Under the pieces are notes generated by a model. That model was not told the DNA's origin. It made no database searches and saw nothing but the letters and a program-made list of their open reading frames with translations. A DNA stretch of 58,200 nt, taken from positions 1-58,200 of the IMG/VR virus record IMGVR_UViG_3300025889_000140; one strand, given 5' to 3'. The stretch is from a virus. Its lineage: Duplodnaviria; Caudoviricetes. The translations under genes were made by a program, and so were the position numbers. This document shows positions 26,071 to 36,008 of this stretch, one piece after another. How positions within the stretch are numbered: position 1 is the stretch's first letter; every line of letters begins with the position of its first letter.

Positions 26071-26880
26071 TTAAGGGAAACTTTTGAATGCCTGACTTTT
26101 TACCACAAAAAGCTCTGTTGGCGAAGTATTATTATTAGTTAGTGTAAATTCACAGTAGTGTCCTAACACTCCTTGAGATTCTGCAATAGAATTTTTAATA
26201 AATAAAAAGTATTCATTTACCCCTGGTATCGGAACGCTTCCTGCTATTGTGATGTCTATGGTGACTATAGATGTTCCGTCATTTTGTTTTACTACTGATG
26301 TAACTTGTCCTGCTAAATTAGGGTCATAAATTCCAGAACCAGGAACAGTTTCAAGACCAAAGTAAAATAAATCTCCATTTGATAAAATAGAACCAATGTT
26401 TGATGGCGGCACAAAAGTAATAGTTGCCGTAGTAGCTGTAGTTACAACATCATCACTAACACCTATACCAGTTAATGAGCGTAAAGGAAGTTGAGGTGTG
26501 TTATCAGGCAAGGTTGTGTTATTTCTTATAAAAGCAAACCAATCAGATTCTTTCTTTTCAAAATAACTTGCGTTAATAAAGCCTGTTGTTTGCAAGTCTG
26601 TTATAAACGTACCCTCCCATGCATCATCAGCTTCAAGGGCAATTGTTTTAAATTTTTTATTTTCTACAGGAGATTCATTAAAAACACTGGTTATTGTAGA
26701 TATACCCTGTATACCATAAAAGTTATTTCTTGGAACACTAGCTGAGTTATGCTGATACAAATCACCACCTTTAAAAGTGTACAAAAATTGATTCATACCC
26801 TTTATAAATTCTGGGTAATAAGAATAAAAAGATGGCCACCCTTGTGCTGAACCGCTATATGTTAATGTATAATTATCCAT
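26071..26880 (-). CDS. tail protein (resembles C-terminal part of crAss-like stabilization/muzzle protein)
   Basis: TLTYS..GWPSFYSYYPE..LYTFKGGDLYQHN. Confidence 0.55.
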   Translation of the reverse strand: MDNYTLTYSGSAQGWPSFYSYYPEFIKGMNQFLYTFKGGDLYQHNSASVPRNNFYGIQGISTITSVFNESPVENKKFKTIALEADDAWEGTFITDLQTTGFINASYFEKKESDWFAFIRNNTTLPDNTPQLPLRSLTGIGVSDDVVTTATTATITFVPPSNIGSILSNGDLFYFGLETVPGSGIYDPNLAGQVTSVVKQNDGTSIVTIDITIAGSVPIPGVNEYFLFIKNSIAESQGVLGHYCEFTLTNNNTSPTELFVVKSQAFKSFP

Positions 26881-26890
26881 GTTTTATTTT

Positions 26891-28645
26891 TTAAGTTGGG
26901 TCACATGAGCCTGTTGCTATCACCATTCCATATCTTACTTGAATATATGTGCTGTTATTAATTATATAATACAGAGGCGTAGTTGCATCATTTAATGGCG
27001 TTACACCATTAATATCCTCATATACAAAGTTACCAACTTTTGGTATAGTATTAGTATCAGTAGTGAATATTTGAGTATTAGGGTCGTAAGTAGCGTTAGG
27101 TGCAAAATAATAAGTTGTTGTATCTGGTCTACAACTATTGTCTAATTCACCAGCTGAACCTGAAAATGATGGTAAAGCCGCAGGACAACTTACATTATAT
27201 ATAAAGAATGTGTTTATTATTGGAGCAAAAAACTCTAACTGAAAAGTACTAGGTGTAGCAGATGGCTTAGGTATTACCAAAGTAAACACGTCCTCTCCAT
27301 CAGTGCTGTTTTGTGAGCTAGCCACACTTATGGTTCTTGTAGTTCCTAGCGATTGATATGTTCCATTCTGAAGCGAAAACTCATTTACATTTGTATAAGG
27401 AGAGCCGCTAAACGTATCAGGGTAGCCTACATAGGTAGGTAACCCAGTTCCAGAATTAAATTCTCTTCCAAAAGGAAACTGATTGGCGTTATTCTGAGAT
27501 GTTAATATATTGTAAGTATTGCCGTTGTATGTGGCTAACACACCATCAGGTATAAGACTTCCCATGTACATGTGTATAACAATAGCACCCACATCAGATG
27601 GAGTTCCACCTACATCAATGTCTGCAGTAAAATAACCATTGCTTGGATTTGATGCACTGAAGTTAGTATTACATGGGTTACCAGGTGATACAGGAGGAGT
27701 ACATGGTCCTGTAGCTATAACAATACCATACTGTATCTCAAGAAAAGTGGTGTTGTTAACTATGATATATTGACTTGTTGCTGTATTATTTACTGGACTT
27801 CCTCCATTAGCATCGGTATAAACAAAATTACCTACGCCAGGGACACTAAGTGTCTCAGGTACAAATACAATTGGTTGTGTAAATGTCGTAGTTGCGTTTT
27901 GTGCAAAGTAATAAGTTTCTGTAGGGTTAGCGCATGTATCGTCACTCTGAACTGGTGAACCTGAAAAACTATCTAAAGCAACTGGACAATCAGCTTGAAA
28001 AGAAAAAAATGTTCCTAGTATAGGACCATAAAAATCTATATTTAAACCTGTTGCTGTTGCTGAATTTTTAGGTATTACGTGTGTATATACCCTAGTTCCT
28101 CCACCTCTTAAATCTATTTGAGATGACACAACATTAATAGGTGCATTCGTTCCAGTATTCAAATAAGTTCCATCAGTTTGTATTGTATAAACAGGAAGAC
28201 TCGGTTGAGATACTGGAGTGTTGTCTGGACTTCCAAAATAAGTTGGCTGACCAACTGGAGTGTTTAACCCAACTGGGCCTTGATTGTTTCCTATGTATGT
28301 TAAACGATTAAATGTTTGCCCATTATATGTACTTAATATCCCATCAGGAATTGTGTTACCAACAATAGAATAAACCACTACCGCACCTATATCAGCACCT
28401 GCATTTATCTGGCCTAAGAAAGTTCCATTAATTTGGCTTGACTCACCTGCCACCTGGCCACATGGTAATGCACATTGTGGGCATGGTTGCGCAGGTAATA
28501 AAACGCAATTAAGTAATTCACGTACAATTAAGCCGTCTGAATATAATCCATCTGCTGCACAAACATTCATATCCTCATCAGCAAAAATTGCTGTTGAAGT
28601 TGCCAAGTCTGGGCCGTTTAAATAATATGTTCCTGATACTGCCAT
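26891..28645 (-). CDS. virion structural protein with internal tandem duplication
   Basis: 584 aa, Thr/Pro/Gly/Cys-rich, two homologous ~250-aa modules. Confidence 0.65.
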   Translation of the reverse strand: MAVSGTYYLNGPDLATSTAIFADEDMNVCAADGLYSDGLIVRELLNCVLLPAQPCPQCALPCGQVAGESSQINGTFLGQINAGADIGAVVVYSIVGNTIPDGILSTYNGQTFNRLTYIGNNQGPVGLNTPVGQPTYFGSPDNTPVSQPSLPVYTIQTDGTYLNTGTNAPINVVSSQIDLRGGGTRVYTHVIPKNSATATGLNIDFYGPILGTFFSFQADCPVALDSFSGSPVQSDDTCANPTETYYFAQNATTTFTQPIVFVPETLSVPGVGNFVYTDANGGSPVNNTATSQYIIVNNTTFLEIQYGIVIATGPCTPPVSPGNPCNTNFSASNPSNGYFTADIDVGGTPSDVGAIVIHMYMGSLIPDGVLATYNGNTYNILTSQNNANQFPFGREFNSGTGLPTYVGYPDTFSGSPYTNVNEFSLQNGTYQSLGTTRTISVASSQNSTDGEDVFTLVIPKPSATPSTFQLEFFAPIINTFFIYNVSCPAALPSFSGSAGELDNSCRPDTTTYYFAPNATYDPNTQIFTTDTNTIPKVGNFVYEDINGVTPLNDATTPLYYIINNSTYIQVRYGMVIATGSCDPT

Positions 28646-28659
28646 TCTATTTATTTTAA

Positions 28660-31600
28660 TTATGGTGTTGGGTCGGTACAGTCACAGCAGACATCTGTTA
28701 AGTCTATTGTTCCGTAGCACAACACATCTTCTGTTGGTTGTCTATAATCGTATACTAAATATAAGTTTGAGCCAGTTGTACCCATTGTGTACTCTCCTAT
28801 GTATTGGTCTGGTGCAAGGGCAACATCTAAAGGTAGAGCTGGTCCTGCAGCAGAAATTAAAGAAAGTATATCAGCAGGTGTTGCTGTATATGTCGTATTA
28901 GTTCGCAAAGCATAAAACTCATTTTGAGTCGGCTCAAAAACAAAATCATCTACACTTCTTCTATTACAAATCACTTGAACTGAAGCATTATCAGCAGGTA
29001 TAACACCAGCTCCTTGTGGAGCGGTTACAGAATCAAACTGACTGATTATAATAAAATCAGTACCATCTGTGAATGTTACTTGCTCAGAATGAAGTGGAGA
29101 CAAATATGTTCCATCTACCCATCTGTATTCATTGTGTATTGTTTGCCCTACATGAGTAGCATTAGTAATACATACTTGATACACAGTAATAATCTCTGCA
29201 ACTGGACATTTAACCTGAACGCTAACTGATGTTCCAACTTTTCCTGTTAATGTAACTTGTGCTTCACTTTCACTTACAATGTTTTTATCAAAGTTAAAAG
29301 TAAAAGTTCCATTGCCAATAGACGTTGTAGGGACTACGCTCACCCCATCATATACCACTTCTATACTGCTAGGTGTAGAACCACCTGGTGTATTTGCCAC
29401 GCAAATAATTTCTACATCTCCAACTAATAACCCAAGGTCGATACAATATTCAATTGTTTTGTCTTCAGAAAATGTAAAGCTTCTATTTATACCACATTCA
29501 ATACATGATTCTTCAGATGGCAACTCTTCATCGTTAATACTTAGAACATATTCATTCATATAAGGGTCATACCCTCCAATTTTTTGATTGTTCAAACTAT
29601 TAATAAATCTATCTCTAAACCACGACCTCATACCAGCTTCAGAAATTACTGTAAGCTGTTCATTTTGTCCTGCAGAACCTGTAAGCATAATTACTGCACC
29701 ACGCTTAGCGTCAGTAAAATACTTATTGTAACCCCAAGAACAAAAGCTTTCAGGGTTTCTTGAAATACCATACTCTTCTATTCTGGCTATCTGAGTTCCT
29801 AAAACCTCAGGTACAGAAGCAACTTGACCTCCACCAGTGGAGTCTGTTAACAAATTCTTTCCAGCCAGGACATAAGAAATTTTATCTTCTTGTAAAACTA
29901 ATATATCGGTTTCTCTTCCATGAAGTTTTTCAATAGGACCATATATATCTTCACAAGCCTTAAAGTTTAGTAAACCTAAGTTAAATTCGTTTAGTTTATT
30001 TACATTACTTTCATTATTGTAAACACCACTATAAGTTAAATCAGCAAAGCGATGTGCTTGCTTAAACTCTAATTCAGAAGTAGATGTAGTTCTTTCTCCT
30101 AAACTAAACTCTTTTCCTACAATTGAATCTCTAACCCTATAGCTTTCTACACCATTTCCGAAAGAAAAACAATTAAAAAAGTCTGTTAATATAACAGCAG
30201 ATTGAGTACTGGTTTGATTTTGTATGTTACCATCATGTCTTCCAGTTGTCTTATCTATATTGAACACATCTGCAGATTCATACCATAAATCTGGCGTAGC
30301 ATCTTGAGGTTCGGTTTCAAAAACCAATGTATTTTCAGCTCTAAATACTTCTATTTTTAAATCAGCACACGCTCTTTTTCTACCTGAATTCTTAGCTCCA
30401 GAACAAGAGTTTGTTCCAACTATCCCTAAAGACTTCAATCCTGTACTTGTACTTTCCAAGAATTGCCATTGATACACACATCTGTCTTGTGCCATTTGAC
30501 CTAAAGCAGCATTTGTTGAGCCAGCTGTTATGAGTGCAGGATTGTAATAGTTGTCAAAGTAAGGAGCTGGACAATCTGGGTCTCCTGTAATTCCAGAGAC
30601 TGTACCACTATTTAATAAAGAAGCAATATTGTCTCCATCCCACCATTCTTTAAAATTATCATAATCCTGTGAGGCTGTTAGTTTTAAGTTTAGATTATAC
30701 TGTCTTCCATCACATTTCTTTCCTGGACCACCTCTTCTTCTGAATTGTGCGGATATATTTATTCTTGACCCTGCAGGTAGTGAGTAATCTATAAACTGTC
30801 CTGGGTTATTAGGGTCTTCAACCCCAACTGGATAAGCCACTCTTGGGTGGTCGTTTTTTCTTCTACCACAATCACTCCTGTTTCCATATAGAACTGTCGG
30901 TAAATCTCCTTGAATCACCTGAAAGTCGTTAGCAATTACTTTCATATAAGTACCTGCTGGGATAGGAATCTGTGCGCCATTAGAATCTTTAACCTCAATA
31001 AAGTTTTCTGTCTGAGCCTCTTTCTGCAAAACAGTAGCATACTGACATCTTGTGGTTGGGCCAGCGGTGTCGGCCTTTACCCTTAGTCTATCACCCTCCT
31101 GAACTTTTCTAGCGTTTTCACCCTCCAATAAAAAGTATGTTGCTGCAGTTGCAGGCTCATCAAAAAAGATGTTTGAATAAACTGTATTGTAATCCTCAAA
31201 ATCTGGCTTTATACAAAGCTTATATCGGTCTGCCCATACTGGTGCTATTTGTGATGGTGGTATAGTTACTTGTATTGTATTCTGAAGTTGTGCGGCAGAG
31301 CAACCTACGTGAACAGTATTATTAGGGCTAACAAGAGCCGTTGATGAACGATTAAATTCATCCATATAGATAATACCTATCTCATAATCTCTGTCACTAT
31401 GTAAACTTTTAGGATTTCCAATACCAAGAAAAGTCCCCTCTGCAAATGTAGCTGTATAGTATTCATAAACACTCTGAGTTGGAGTAGTTAAATCATCAAC
31501 AAATCTCATTGCTGGCACAACAAAACCAATCTCTGTGCTCCCTGGACTAGAAATTATTTCTATAGGTTGTCCAGCTGCCGTAATACCACTTTCAAATTTT

Positions 31601-33105
31601 ATTAATGCATCAAGGGTGTTTGGAATAGAACAATTCCATTCATCAGTAAGAGTTGTTCCATCGCAAGAAGTTTCATTTCCAGGGACTGGGTCGTACACTG
31701 GAAGTATGTTTGCTGCTGTCCCTATCGACTCTATAAATTGAGGGTTTTGAGATAATTCATAAACACTTGAGAAATCTATAGGTAATATAAATGTGAATTC
31801 AAGTTCTAAATTTGTAGACTGTTGAACTGGGAAAGGAGTTTGCCCAGAAAACTGAGCATGACTATATCTAATTTCAAAAGTTAAAGAAGCACCAGCCTTT
31901 AGCTCTAACTCACCTAAATCAAAAAACACCGCAGCGTTTACAATATTTTGGCTTCCATTAATGTTGTATGTAAAAGAAGCGGTTCTGTCATCAAAATCAG
32001 CAGCACCTATTTCTTCAGACAAAAGGTCGCAATAATATTCTAGACGAATAGGATTTGTGTTTAAATCCAATAAGTCATAACCATCAACATAATTACCATA
32101 TATTAATCTGTTACCCATTATTGTTTGGGCTTGAGCTTTTAATGGGACGTTGTCAAACAATCTTACTAATTGTGTTGGATTTAAAACAGTGTATATTTTA
32201 CTATTATTAAAGTTTAAAGTATAATCTGTATTGTCTGCATATCCAAGATTTTCTTTGTCAAATATCTCTATAGATTTTATAACACTAGATGTGGTTTCAG
32301 CAAAAACAACTTCTATAGCTTTTACCAAAGGACCTCCACTATTGTAAGTAACTTTAACATTATTAAATGCGTTTGTCATTCCCTCATTCAGACCTGATTC
32401 TATTTTATAATCAAATCCTTTGGGAACAAAAGCTGGTTCTGTAAATTGTGATAAAGCAGAGTATTCTCCATCTCCATATCTATATCTGTAAGCAAATGTT
32501 ATAAATCTTTCTTCTATAAAGTTCTCTTCACCAGATAAGTTTGTTAATTCAAATGATGGAGCTGAAACTGGCGGTTTTTTAATTACCAATAGTTGCTCCT
32601 CTAAATCAGGTGAGTTAGCGTCATAGTTTCTAGTGATGTTTATAAACCTAGGCTGGTTGTAGTTGTCAGTCCAGAATAGTAAATCCTCAACCCTGTTTAC
32701 ACCTGTTATTAGAAAATCTTCATTGAAGTTCAAGACAGTTTGTATAGCATCAGCTGTAACAACGTGATAAGTTAATAGGTTTAATTGAACATTATATGAC
32801 ACAACTAAATCTACTATACCACCTGTACTGTGAGCAGGGTCATGAACAAACCAATACAATGTTTCTCTTTGGCCGTCCTCATAAGCACCAATGCATTTTG
32901 CTTGTGAACTTAAAGGAACACCATTATAACTCAAAGAAGTTAGCTGTTGATTACCTCTTGTGTTTTCAACTGAACCAACTTCAGATTCTTCAGTAGAACC
33001 AAGTCTAATATTCATCGCATCAACATACTCGCCATTTGGCACTAAGCGTTCATCAACGCTTTTATTCATGCGGCCTGCAATAAAATTTCTAGTAGTTTCT
33101 GCCAT
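28660..33105 (-). CDS. tail stabilization/nozzle (muzzle)-like protein
   Basis: F..GRMNKSVDERLVPNGEYVDAMN, FWTDN.NQPR.IN, NRLIYGNY, EYGIS.NPESF, YFTDAKRG motifs. Confidence 0.75.
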   Translation of the reverse strand: MAETTRNFIAGRMNKSVDERLVPNGEYVDAMNIRLGSTEESEVGSVENTRGNQQLTSLSYNGVPLSSQAKCIGAYEDGQRETLYWFVHDPAHSTGGIVDLVVSYNVQLNLLTYHVVTADAIQTVLNFNEDFLITGVNRVEDLLFWTDNYNQPRFINITRNYDANSPDLEEQLLVIKKPPVSAPSFELTNLSGEENFIEERFITFAYRYRYGDGEYSALSQFTEPAFVPKGFDYKIESGLNEGMTNAFNNVKVTYNSGGPLVKAIEVVFAETTSSVIKSIEIFDKENLGYADNTDYTLNFNNSKIYTVLNPTQLVRLFDNVPLKAQAQTIMGNRLIYGNYVDGYDLLDLNTNPIRLEYYCDLLSEEIGAADFDDRTASFTYNINGSQNIVNAAVFFDLGELELKAGASLTFEIRYSHAQFSGQTPFPVQQSTNLELEFTFILPIDFSSVYELSQNPQFIESIGTAANILPVYDPVPGNETSCDGTTLTDEWNCSIPNTLDALIKFESGITAAGQPIEIISSPGSTEIGFVVPAMRFVDDLTTPTQSVYEYYTATFAEGTFLGIGNPKSLHSDRDYEIGIIYMDEFNRSSTALVSPNNTVHVGCSAAQLQNTIQVTIPPSQIAPVWADRYKLCIKPDFEDYNTVYSNIFFDEPATAATYFLLEGENARKVQEGDRLRVKADTAGPTTRCQYATVLQKEAQTENFIEVKDSNGAQIPIPAGTYMKVIANDFQVIQGDLPTVLYGNRSDCGRRKNDHPRVAYPVGVEDPNNPGQFIDYSLPAGSRINISAQFRRRGGPGKKCDGRQYNLNLKLTASQDYDNFKEWWDGDNIASLLNSGTVSGITGDPDCPAPYFDNYYNPALITAGSTNAALGQMAQDRCVYQWQFLESTSTGLKSLGIVGTNSCSGAKNSGRKRACADLKIEVFRAENTLVFETEPQDATPDLWYESADVFNIDKTTGRHDGNIQNQTSTQSAVILTDFFNCFSFGNGVESYRVRDSIVGKEFSLGERTTSTSELEFKQAHRFADLTYSGVYNNESNVNKLNEFNLGLLNFKACEDIYGPIEKLHGRETDILVLQEDKISYVLAGKNLLTDSTGGGQVASVPEVLGTQIARIEEYGISRNPESFCSWGYNKYFTDAKRGAVIMLTGSAGQNEQLTVISEAGMRSWFRDRFINSLNNQKIGGYDPYMNEYVLSINDEELPSEESCIECGINRSFTFSEDKTIEYCIDLGLLVGDVEIICVANTPGGSTPSSIEVVYDGVSVVPTTSIGNGTFTFNFDKNIVSESEAQVTLTGKVGTSVSVQVKCPVAEIITVYQVCITNATHVGQTIHNEYRWVDGTYLSPLHSEQVTFTDGTDFIIISQFDSVTAPQGAGVIPADNASVQVICNRRSVDDFVFEPTQNEFYALRTNTTYTATPADILSLISAAGPALPLDVALAPDQYIGEYTMGTTGSNLYLVYDYRQPTEDVLCYGTIDLTDVCCDCTDPTP

Positions 33106-33106
33106 C

Positions 33107-34030
33107 TTACTTTATCCACTTATCCATTCCTCTGATGTTCTGTATCAAACGACCTGGATGTATATTACTAATTCTAAGCTTAGCGTTTCTTAGTAACGCA
33201 GAGCTTCTTTTTCTTGCTCTAGCAACAACATATTCTTGTACACCAAACTTAGCATTCAATATAGCAAACTGAATGTAAGCATAAACATATTCTTCAAATA
33301 ATTTATTGACACTAATTTGAGAGTCATCTCCAGCCTCCATTCCGTCTGAAACATATTCCAGAATACACAACTCACCTGCCATATCTGAACTGAAGTTTAT
33401 AACTCCAGCTTTTTTATTTATTTTAAATGTAGGATTAAAGTTTGCAGTTTCAGTATTTAATCCATACTGAGCTCCTATACCATAATCAAAATACCAATCC
33501 CCATCTACACAATACCCCTCTCTATTATTGTAAGGGCTTTGCTCGTTGAGGTAAATACTTTTTTTAGTACCCTCTATCCTTTGCATATCAATCGTAGACG
33601 TAGACGGCTTTAAAATGTTTCCATCATGGTCAAATAATATTCTACAGTTGTGGTCTTGAAGATATGCATCGCTCCAATTAGTTTGAATGTTTTCTGTAAG
33701 TGGTCTAAGCACACCATCTTTATATAAAGATATTCTTACCCAATTAACATAATCTATTGGCAGCACATATCTTAATGTGTCACACACATCTAGTTCTAAA
33801 ATCTTTAGCTCTTTAAATGCATCATAGTTGAGTTCCTGTATAGCCCTTTTTGCGTGAAACAAAATTCTATATCTTTCCTCATTATTGACTAAACTATGGT
33901 TGCCAGCATACATTAACATAAAATTGTTGACTATGTCATACAAACTTACATATTGATATGACCCCCAGTTAGCATCTTCAGGAGCGTTTCCATTGTTTTC
34001 GTAATATTGATATTCTGTTAAGTATGCCAT
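33107..34030 (-). CDS. tail ring/adaptor structural protein
   Basis: FHAKRAIQELNYD, LP.DYVN, LEYVSDG; position in tail module. Confidence 0.65.
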   Translation of the reverse strand: MAYLTEYQYYENNGNAPEDANWGSYQYVSLYDIVNNFMLMYAGNHSLVNNEERYRILFHAKRAIQELNYDAFKELKILELDVCDTLRYVLPIDYVNWVRISLYKDGVLRPLTENIQTNWSDAYLQDHNCRILFDHDGNILKPSTSTIDMQRIEGTKKSIYLNEQSPYNNREGYCVDGDWYFDYGIGAQYGLNTETANFNPTFKINKKAGVINFSSDMAGELCILEYVSDGMEAGDDSQISVNKLFEEYVYAYIQFAILNAKFGVQEYVVARARKRSSALLRNAKLRISNIHPGRLIQNIRGMDKWIK

Positions 34031-35064
34031 TATTGTTCTTTTTGTTCTTCTCTCATATCCATTGATTGCCCAAACTGAATTGCTTGAACTTCTCTAATTG
34101 ACATTCCAGCATATTGTAATATTTTATTTACCAATGTCGGCTCGTCTTCTAAAGGTAATTCAAAATCCTGGTATAAAGCATCTGATTGATTAAAAGATGG
34201 TTCACCTCCAACTAGTTGAGCATAAGTCCACTTAGGGTCTTTAGGATATCGTATATACTGACACAAGATTCTGCCAGCTGATGTCTCTCCAGAATTTATT
34301 ACATTTACACCCCATTGAAAGTTCTCAGGGTATACCTGTATTACTGTTCCATTCTGTGAGTAAGCTGGGAACAATTCTGTAGGTTTAGTTAAGTTAGACA
34401 TATTGAGCTGTGTAATCTTCTTATTGGTAACTTTCTCACATTCATTTACACCCTGTCTAGTACTTAAAATTGTATATGAATCTCCTGCACTTATAAATAT
34501 ATCATCTTCTAATATTAAAGTGTCAGTAGCCACTGTGTTTAAATATCTAACATTTGTTGTTTGTCCAGTGCTTAAGTTAACAACAACGTCACCTGGCTGT
34601 ACACCAAGGACAAAAAAGTTTTTGGTGTTATCAACTAATTCATTTACGCTAGCTAACGTGTTAGTGCTATTAGCAACTAAATATCTTGTAAGCAATAAAA
34701 CTTTATTTATCAAATAATAATCTGAGCCTGTTGTGGCTGTAGTCGGCACGCTGTACGTAGAAGTAGCAGATGGTGAAATGATTACCTCATTAGCTCCATT
34801 AAGATATACTGGTGCAAGAGGTTGCTGCTCCGAAAATAATTCGATAGCATCCTGATAAGTTTGTTTTATATCTGCCAATCCAACCCCTGATTGCCTAGCA
34901 TTCTCTTTAGTTATTTGATAATTATACTGATAGAAGTAATCCTCAAAAATATCTAGCTGCGCTTGCTTGGCATATAAATTAAAATCACTAGGAGTTATAT
35001 ATCCATAGTTGTTTTTATTAAGAACCGACAGTACAGTTTCTCGTACTGAATTTATTATGCTCAT
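34030..35064 (-). CDS. tail ring/adaptor structural protein
   Basis: NK...GYITP.DFN..AKQAQ, YIRYP.DP.W, DFELP motifs. Confidence 0.65.
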   Translation of the reverse strand: MSIINSVRETVLSVLNKNNYGYITPSDFNLYAKQAQLDIFEDYFYQYNYQITKENARQSGVGLADIKQTYQDAIELFSEQQPLAPVYLNGANEVIISPSATSTYSVPTTATTGSDYYLINKVLLLTRYLVANSTNTLASVNELVDNTKNFFVLGVQPGDVVVNLSTGQTTNVRYLNTVATDTLILEDDIFISAGDSYTILSTRQGVNECEKVTNKKITQLNMSNLTKPTELFPAYSQNGTVIQVYPENFQWGVNVINSGETSAGRILCQYIRYPKDPKWTYAQLVGGEPSFNQSDALYQDFELPLEDEPTLVNKILQYAGMSIREVQAIQFGQSMDMREEQKEQ

Positions 35065-35082
35065 CTGTTAATTTATTTACTA

Positions 35083-35090
35083 CAAAGATA
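35083..35090 (-). promoter_or_regulatory. -7 promoter element TATCTTTG
   Basis: 19 nt upstream of the 35064 start, right after a terminator. Confidence 0.55.
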
Positions 35091-35093
35091 AGC

Positions 35094-35128
35094 AAAAAAA
35101 AAGAGGTTGCATTTCTACAGCCTCTTTC
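35094..35128 (-). terminator. intrinsic terminator
   Basis: agaggctg/caacctct hairpin followed by T9 on - strand. Confidence 0.75.
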
Positions 35129-35188
35129 TTGATTGGTTGGAGTTATCAGCTCCATCTATTATTATGAAGTACTTTGCAAAAATATAAA

Positions 35189-35941
35189 TTATTTTTTATT
35201 ATCCAAGTTCTTTTCAAGAAATTTTAATACTTCAATTCCCTCATCAGATTGAAGATAGCTTGCAATCACATAGTAAGGGTCTTCTCCAAAAGGAAGATTA
35301 ATCATTCTCTTTTTGTTCTTATCAGTATTGAAGTATACATCTTTCTTGTTGTTCTTGAAAACTAATACCTTATAATTAAAAAACTCTTTTATTTTAGAGT
35401 TAAGTTTTAACGCAGGGTCTTTAACAGACCTTAAAAACATATCTGGTTCTTGCTCGGCAAATATAAGAATATCTCTTCTTAGCTCTGCTGATGTAGTTCG
35501 AGACGTGTCTGTGTTGAACAACACTCTAGCTAAAGCTTCCACCTGGTCTATATCAAGTTGTCTAGCTTCTATAAGAGCATCTACTCTGTTATTTAATTTA
35601 TCCATTTCTTTCTGAGCATCTTTCTCAGTATTAACCTCAACAAACTTGCTTCCATTCATTGGGTGATAATGTAAAAACTCTTGAAGCACTTGATTTGTTC
35701 TTGGAACAGATAAGAATCCGTCTTCAAAAACAATTGGCTCTACAATAGCATTACCATCTTGCTCATCTTCAAATGGGCTTTTTTGGTTACGTGCATAACG
35801 TAAGGCTCTGTTAGTTCCTGTACTTTCATCAAAGTACATCAATGGATATCTTCTTGAGTTTCTAGTTGGCAGCATAAAAGAAAGTGGTGCTGCATCTTTG
35901 GTAAGTTTATAGGTCTTATTGACCAATACATTTTTTTTCAT
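35189..35941 (-). CDS. conserved hypothetical (probably virion-associated) protein
   Basis: 250 aa directly after capsid gene. Confidence 0.65.
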   Translation of the reverse strand: MKKNVLVNKTYKLTKDAAPLSFMLPTRNSRRYPLMYFDESTGTNRALRYARNQKSPFEDEQDGNAIVEPIVFEDGFLSVPRTNQVLQEFLHYHPMNGSKFVEVNTEKDAQKEMDKLNNRVDALIEARQLDIDQVEALARVLFNTDTSRTTSAELRRDILIFAEQEPDMFLRSVKDPALKLNSKIKEFFNYKVLVFKNNKKDVYFNTDKNKKRMINLPFGEDPYYVIASYLQSDEGIEVLKFLEKNLDNKK

Positions 35942-35961
35942 TTGATTATAATTTAATTATT

Positions 35962-35998
35962 AAAAAAGGTTGAGGTCGCAAATTGCGACCCCTACCTT
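35962..35998 (-). terminator. intrinsic terminator after capsid gene
   Basis: aggtaggggtcgc-aattt-gcgacctcaacc followed by T-run on - strand. Confidence 0.8.
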
Positions 35999-36008
35999 AT
36001 TATTTAGT

